From contig QPMI01000518.1 in NCBI GenBank assembly GCA_004431415.1, positions 24,796-88,795 on the forward strand: a stretch of 64,000 nt of DNA, in the 5' to 3' direction. Numbering within the stretch: position 1 is the first letter of the stretch; each line of letters starts with the position of its first letter. A program made the position numbers and the translations under genes. Below the pieces are notes generated by a model, which was not told the origin of the DNA, searched no databases, and saw only the letters and a list, made by a program, of their open reading frames with translations. Positions 57,821 to 64,000 of this stretch are shown here, piece after piece. Source of the stretch: Cyanophora paradoxa CCMP329. Lineage: Eukaryota > Plantae > Glaucophyta.

Positions 57821-60800
57821 TCAGGCGCGATTTTTATAATGTCCATCGCTCGGTGTGTTGATCCCGTCAGTCTCGAGGAAGCGTTTGGTATCAAGGGATG
57901 TAGAGCCGACGCGAGGTTCGTTGTAAATAAATCTCCATGTAGTTTTCGAGCGGAAACCGAGAATCCTTTGATGTCATACGATTGCTTTCTCCCTCTTTAG
58001 GGCAGACGCACCGGAAGAATACATCTTGTGAGTCTGTTGTAGTACGTCTTTTGAATACCCTTGCATACCTGCTTGTCGTGGAATCTTCACGCGAATAATA
58101 GTAAGATTTCGGCGTTAGCGATCCACCTGTCATTTGCAGACCATGGAGCTCATCCTTGAATAATCCGGAGTTTTCCCCATCGATCGTAGAGTCGAACCTC
58201 ATCGGCTGTCATGCCATCGAAGAATCGATGTGTCTCTGGGTAGTCGCTAACATCCAGCTCATGCTTGATTGAGCGTAAATCAGCATAGATAATCTTTGGT
58301 GCGAAACTCGATGATAGACTGTCAGTATCCGTACCTAATAGTGTCAGCCGCTGGCCCAAAGCAGCTTGAGCACCTGGTAGTAAAAGCGGTACATGTGCAG
58401 CTTGGAAAGTTCGAGGATGACGAACCGCAGTAGATAGGTTTTGTTCAGATTGTACTCACTTTTGCGCTTGGAACGAATACAAGGTTCTCTTCGTACATCA
58501 CCACCTGCTTCAACCGATTTGGTTCGCTGTTGATCTTCACCAGACGGTCTCCCGAAGTCACAAGCTCTGAAAAGCAGTGCTTTCTCACGTTCTCCATTGT
58601 TTTGCCAAAGACACTGTTGTTCATCAACTTGTAAAGGTCCTTCTGGTATGTGAACTGCGATTCTTTACGTTTTTGAGTATTGAGATCTATGAAACGCCCT
58701 AGCCATGCGCTTTGTTCGTACGATAGGATCCGATGGATGTTGGTTACTATCATTCCCAGTGACGTATAGAGCTGAAGCAAGCGTCCATCAACAACATAAT
58801 TCTTTTTTGGAAGCAGATTTGGAACGAGCTTTGGAGTTCGTTCAACTGAGGTAAGCTTCTCGTCGTTAATCATATCCTGTTGTCGCTTTGATAGGTGTTC
58901 CTTGGACACACACATCCGTTCAGGGGCCAGCGGATAGTCTGAGAACTCGTCATGGAGATGCTCAGGCATGTACATATCGACTTCGAGAGCATAGCCACGA
59001 GCTCCATCCGCGTCAAGGCTTGCAACGTACTGCATTACATCAACGTCTTGATCTAGTTTATCCCAGCGGAAATCTCCTGTGGGTAGCTTGCGCTTCATTG
59101 CGACGCCGTACAAGTTGTTTGCATCGAGGTACATGAGCCACGATTCCTTGTGTGTTCGGTAGTAGTTAGAAATGCATGTAGACTGTGAGACTGTAGGCTC
59201 AACAGCGTGGGTGTACTTGTTGAACTTTATGCTCAAATATTTGTTCTCAGCTCGTGCGTAGCGTTTTGAGATCATTGAGATTCCGCCCCTGATCCCGGAT
59301 TCTATAAATCTGTGCATATCCTGCTGCCCCTCGTGAAAGAGCTCGAGCTTCACTCCAGTGTGCTTAAGTGCTGCCTGCCAAGCAAATCCCGGCGATGACA
59401 TAAAATAGCTAGGATCTAGGCCATACGTTTCAATACACGTATCACGATAGTTTTCAAACACGTCAGCTAGTAACGCGATATCTGTCATCATATACTCCAT
59501 TGTATAGCCTGATAGCGTTCTGCAGCCGAGCTCTCGCCAAACAGCCTTCGCATGTGCGTACTCATCTTTCGTGCATTTCTTCTGTTTAAGCTGATTTTTG
59601 AAATAACGACGTGCAGGCAGTTTAGACTCCTGAAAGCGAGCCCAGCTCGTCATGTAGTCATAAGGGTAAATCCCTTTGCTAGTCATCAGCTTGAACCGAG
59701 TCTCGTCCAGATACAGCGAGCGCGTGATCTTCTTCTTCTCCGCGGGCAGAGCCTTTGCAAGGTCGTCCAAGCTCGCATTCAAGTGCTGAGCCGAGTCCCG
59801 TAGAACGTAAATTCCATACTTGAACTGCGAAATTCGCTCGCTATTCTGGAAGACCTGATCGAATTTTATCGAAAGGAGACTCTGCGGGCGGAGCCGGCGT
59901 TCGAGCCCCTTCTTCGCCTTCTTTTTCTGCTCTGGGGTCATCTCACGCCCACCGTACTTGCTTTCAAACTCGCTTTCGACATGCGCTTGAAACTCCTTCC
60001 AAGCTGCTAAACGACGGTTATAGCCAGATGCTAGAGCACGTACGAGCAGGTGGAAGTCAAATCCTCGACCGTTGTGCCAGAATAATGGAACAGCAGCTGA
60101 TTTCGCGCGGCGTCGATTGCAAGCTCTGCAGGCAGCCCCGAAATATCGGCCAGATTCGTGGCAGTGATCACGGTGCTTGTCTTTCGCATCCTTGAACGTG
60201 TTCTTGCACATGTAGCACTCGGTCGTCGTTTGAAAACGCTGCTCCTCTTCCTGAGTAATCTGGATTGGTGCAGTCTCTCGCAAAAGCTCTCGGAATTGTG
60301 GTTCCATTTCGTCCAACCATTGCACGAACTTCTCAGTGCAGTCCTCGCTCTCCGAACCCATGTATTTGAAACAAAACTGTTCACCTTTTGAAGATACAAC
60401 CAGACAGCCGACTGAAGCAATCACATGCACACCTTTCTTTTCGGTCTTTCCACTAATGCAGGGAATTGGCATTGTAATCGTCTCTGAATCAGCATATCCG
60501 ACCAGACGTTGCCGGATTGAGTACTCAAAGTTAATAAACTTCTGGATATGTGCTCCTTTCTCCGGCAGAACATCTCTTGCGTGTTCATCCCGATCAAGGC
60601 AACGGTCATATTTCAGATGATTTTCAAATGCTTGATCTGAGCTAAAACCGACCTGGCAGGCTAAGCAATAGTGCTTTGCATTTGATTCGTTCTTTCGGAA
60701 CAGTCGTGAGACGCTCTTAATCCAGAGGTAATGCCCGACATCGTTTCCCTCCCCAGCCGGCACATACAGTATTGGGATTGCGTCTCTCGCAGCACTGATA

Positions 60801-61867
60801 TGGATTGGTATGATATCCTGCTTATCTAGAGCAGTTGTATAAACGCAGAGCTTGACGTTATTTGCTTGCTCGAATTTGGTGAACATCCTCGAGTCAAGCG
60901 GGGTCGGATATGTAAGCATTGAGCAGTCCAGCGATGTCTCGTGCTGGCGGTAGTTCCCTGCATGCCGAGAATCAACACCTTCGCCCAATGGATTGCGAGC
61001 AGCAAGGACTGCGTATTTAAAGCACTCGTTGTTCGGTGCATTTATATTGATAAGCGCGTGCTTGTCTGAGAGCCACTTTGGCAGTACAAAGCCTCGGCCA
61101 CGGCCACCAATCCTGCGGAAATAGCGCACAGTTTTAAAGACCAGATACACCCACGTGTCAAATACTGAGGAATCCCTGCTTTTCTCTGCCGAGATCATGT
61201 CTAATTCTTCGAGCTGTGAACGCAAGGCCGCCTCAATGCTTGTCCCTGGCTCGATGCGATCGAAACGACGATGTTCAATAACGATAGCGATCGTAGAATC
61301 TGTCTCTGGCTTTCTGTAGACACCCAATCCAGAGATTTGTAGTGCAATGCCCATTCTTACCGCCTCTGCAAGATTTACCTGGGCGCTTACGAATGATATA
61401 GCATTCTGTTTGAACTGCTCAGAATTCTCGAAGCGAGCTTGCATTGATGTTACGCGGCCAGAACCGCGAGGCAATTGGTATTTCCACTCCGCATATCGCC
61501 CGTCAAGCGCTGTTGTAGTATTTCCGTCATTGATTTGAACATCATTTCCACCGTCATCCTCAGGCAGCTCGGCAAAGCCACGGACGATCTCTGCCTGCAC
61601 CTCTGCGATCGCCAGCTCTAGTCGACGACCTGACACAGGACGCGCTGGCCTAGGAAGTCTTGCAAGTTCGTTCAAAAGTGAAGCGTACTTTTCCAAAGTT
61701 GCAAACCGTGTTCTCGACCCTTGTGCTGAAATTCTAATCAATTTATTTTTGAAAGCTCCATGTATGACGCGTCGATTATACAATGAAATCGCGAGCGCTT
61801 CGATCTGGTCTTTGATTCTGGCCAACCGGAAGCGCCGAGTCGCTGCATTATTTTGGGTAACGTCCAT
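57821..61867 (-). CDS. polB: Protein-primed family B DNA polymerase; 1140 aa intact, C-terminal ~200 aa frameshifted
   Basis: Exo I YADSE, Exo II WHNGRGFD, Exo III YMMTD; DANNLYG, KLMNNSVFGK and GTDTDS; C-terminal DTKRFLETDGINT..GHYK ending at TGA 57821-57823. Confidence 0.95.
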
Positions 61868-61995
61868 TGGAAGTATATCACAATTTTTTTGCTTGTTCCA
61901 AACGCAACTTCACATAGCAATATTGGAAAGGGATCTCTTTAAGACAAAATAAGAGAAACCTCAATTGCGGTGACCCTTTGGTGATTCAAAGACCG

Positions 61996-62417
61996 GCGCT
62001 ATCATCCACACAGTATTATTGACTAACTAGAACCTAAACTCGCATATGCAATCAGCTTCGATTATATAGTTTTCGTCTAGCTAGAACCTGGAAACCTCTC
62101 CGCTATTTAGATAGGAAGAACACAGTATTAACGCCTAGCTGCTGATTAAGCTATCTCTGCAGACCGTCGCGTTGGGGCCCGTCTCAAATCACTGCTATAT
62201 CTTTTGCAAGATCGATTGGAGTAGACGTTAGATACTACCTAGTGGTTGCTGATGGAAGGGGAGGTAGACCAGAGGGAGAGAAGGGCGGTAGACGTAGCGG
62301 AAGGGTTGGCGAGAGTGATGGCTGGGAAGACGCTGGATTGGGTGGGTTGGGGTGGGTTCGGAGAGTGAGGGTGGTGAAGAGGGGTGGGCCACAGAATCAG
62401 GTCCTCTCTCATTTTTT
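61996..62417 (-). repeat. Right TIR of element 2 (~422 bp)
   Basis: Reverse complement of 51348-51774. Confidence 0.93.
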
Positions 62418-62961
62418 GGGGCCCCGACGAGGACGAGCTCCCGAGCCGGCCGCCCGCCCCGCCTCCGGCCCGGCCCCGGCGCAACTCGGAGCGTGGCTTC
62501 CTCTGACCGCCGCCCGAACCGCGCAGATCCAGGCCATGGCGATGCGATGCTGGAGATGCAGAGGGCCTCGTGGCGGGGGCCCAGGCCGCCGGCCTGCGGC
62601 GGGTGGAGGACAGCTGGCGCGCGCTCGTGATCGAGCGGCGCCGCGAGTGCGTGGGCCTCGTCGAGGAGGCCGAGGAGGCCTTCGGGCTGCCGCCCCGCAA
62701 GTGGCGCCGCTGGCCCCACGGCCGCTCCGCCCTCACCGACCTCGGCCCCCGCGCCATCCGCACGCAGGCCCGCCAGCCCAGCCTCGGGCCCGTCGCCCCG
62801 CCCCCCCCCGCCCTCTCCCACGCCCCCTGCGCCCCCGCCCCCGCCCGCCGACGCCGACCCCTCCGACCGTGGCAATCCCGCCGCGCGGCCTCCATCCGCC
62901 CCTGGGCCGAGCGGCCGCGGGGCGCCCCGCCGACCCCGCTGACCAGCGGCTGCAGCGCTAG
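62418..62961 (+). CDS. Host TRANK1-like gene, right copy, 3' exons
   Basis: RRECVGLVEEAEEAFGLPPRKWRRWPHGRSALTDLGPRAIRTQAR matches left-copy RRACVEAVEEAEDLAGLPRRRWRRFPHGKTALERLGPRALRAQAR (8701-9123). Confidence 0.7.
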
Positions 62962-63357
62962 CCGGCGCCGGCGCCGGCCCGGCGCGGCGGCCGGTCGTTT
63001 AGCGACGGCGCCCTCCTCCGGTACCCTAGGCCTCCAAATATCGGTCTAGCTATAGATCGAGCGAAGATCATGTTCTGGGAATATATATTGATTTAAGCTC
63101 AAGAATGGAATTTCGCAGCTTCGAATTCGAGAAGCGCAATCTCGCGGACTGGCCATGGCCGCCATTGCGGCAAGTTCATTGATATAACACACGACAGCAG
63201 CGTGTGCACGTGTTACCTACTGTTGTATATTTAAAATAGCGAGTAGCGATAGGCACCGGATGCAGAAAAAGATAAAAAGGCAGCGGGCAAAAGAATGGCA
63301 GCGGCCCGGCGAAACAATATTAATCGGGAGGCAGGCGGTGATTTGGTCAGGCGCGCT

Positions 63358-64000
63358 TCACGCTGTACCCCGGAGGTTCAGTCGTTCCGGGTGCAGCGTC
63401 GCCCCCGCCGCCGCCCCGAGAAGGAGCCCTGCCGCCCCAGCGACGGCTTCCCGACCCGGCGCGTCAAGCCGGCCCGGGGCCGGGGCGAGGCGCGGCGGCG
63501 CACCCGTTCCGAGGTGACCTGCTTCCTGCGGCCGTCGCCTGCGCGGCGGCGGCAGCAGCAGCAGCAGCAGCGGCGGCGGCGGCGGCGGCGCCGTCCCCGA
63601 GCCCAGCGACGGGGCGCCGGTGAGGCCCCCGCCGCCCCGGCGGTCGCCTTGCCGAGTTGGAGCGGGGCAGGGGCGGCCGCTCGCCCGCGCACCCCTGGGG
63701 CGGCGCCCTCCGCTCGGGCCCTGCCCTTGGACGGTGGGGGCCGGAGCCGGCGCGCCGGGGGCCGCGGGGGCGGGGGGCGGCGCTGCCGGCGGGGGCGTCG
63801 GAGGGGGAGGAGGGGAAGGGGGCGCGGGCCCGCCGGCCCGAAGACGGCGTCGGCCGCCATGCCGAGGCGGGGCCGGCGTCCCGCTCGCGGAGGGCGGGAG
63901 GGCGCGGCGGAGGGCGCGCGGGTCCGGCCGCCGCCGCGAACTGGCCCGTTGGCTTGCCCAGCTCCGCCACGTCCAGCACCTGCGAAACAAAGTCAGGGCC
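63358..64000 (-). CDS. Possible 3' exons of another host gene, low complexity
   Basis: GC-rich region with an acceptor-like ttcgcag before VLDVAELGKPTGQF and a trinucleotide run at ~63550-63590; the frame is uncertain. Confidence 0.25.
   Translation of the reverse strand, partial: ALTLFRRCWTWRSWASQRASSRRRPDPRALRRALPPSASGTPAPPRHGGRRRLRAGGPAPPSPPPPPTPPPAAPPPAPAAPGAPAPAPTVQGQGPSGGRRPRGARASGRPCPAPTRQGDRRGGGGLTGAPSLGSGTAPPPPPPLLLLLLPPPRRRRPQEAGHLGTGAPPRLAPAPGRLDAPGREAVAGAAGLLLGAAAGATLHPERLNLRGTA

Larger units (their letters stand above)
51348..62417. mobile_element. Element 2: compact integrated Polinton-like virus, 11.1 kb
   Basis: TIRs at 51348-51774 and 61996-62417; 6-bp TSD GGGGCC at 51342-51347 and 62418-62423; pPolB, integrase, ATPase, MCP and penton. 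Confidence 0.92.

Noticed and set aside
1-64000. Naming the host species; tRNA or rRNA genes
   Set aside because: The intron style suggests a GC-rich protist or alga but no diagnostic marker is present, and no structured RNA gene was recognised.

Overview
Eukaryotic (protist-like) DNA: a very GC-rich host with many short introns, interrupted by two complete AT-richer integrated DNA viruses of the Polinton/Polinton-like virus (PLV) type. The host portion holds a multi-exon LamG-repeat gene (1-5.9 kb), a hypothetical gene, and a head-to-head inverted duplication of a large TRANK1-like UvrD/SF1 helicase gene centred on a 98-bp spacer (17158-17255). Both viruses sit in the right-hand helicase copy. 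Element 1 (23566-49969, 26.4 kb) has ~1.39-kb TIRs and a 6-bp TSD CGGTCC. It encodes pPolB, rve integrase, PrimPol-SF3 helicase, A32-like ATPase, MCP, two pentons, four fibre-like proteins, a patatin-discoidin fusion and a SpeD-type decarboxylase. Element 2 (51348-62417, 11.1 kb) has ~425-bp TIRs and a 6-bp TSD GGGGCC. It encodes pPolB, integrase, ATPase, MCP, penton and an HNH-AP2 nuclease. The most unusual signal is the replication set-up of element 1. Each end is a 95-nt hairpin whose seven mismatches are all G.A on the 3'-end strand, capped by cGAAg. The pPolB has degenerate proofreading motifs. A 9-bp iteron palindrome occurs in both TIRs and right behind the primase-helicase gene. Most frameshifts in element 1 are single-base losses, mainly in short homopolymers, and are probably sequencing errors. 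All family assignments are from motif recognition by eye; no database search was run.
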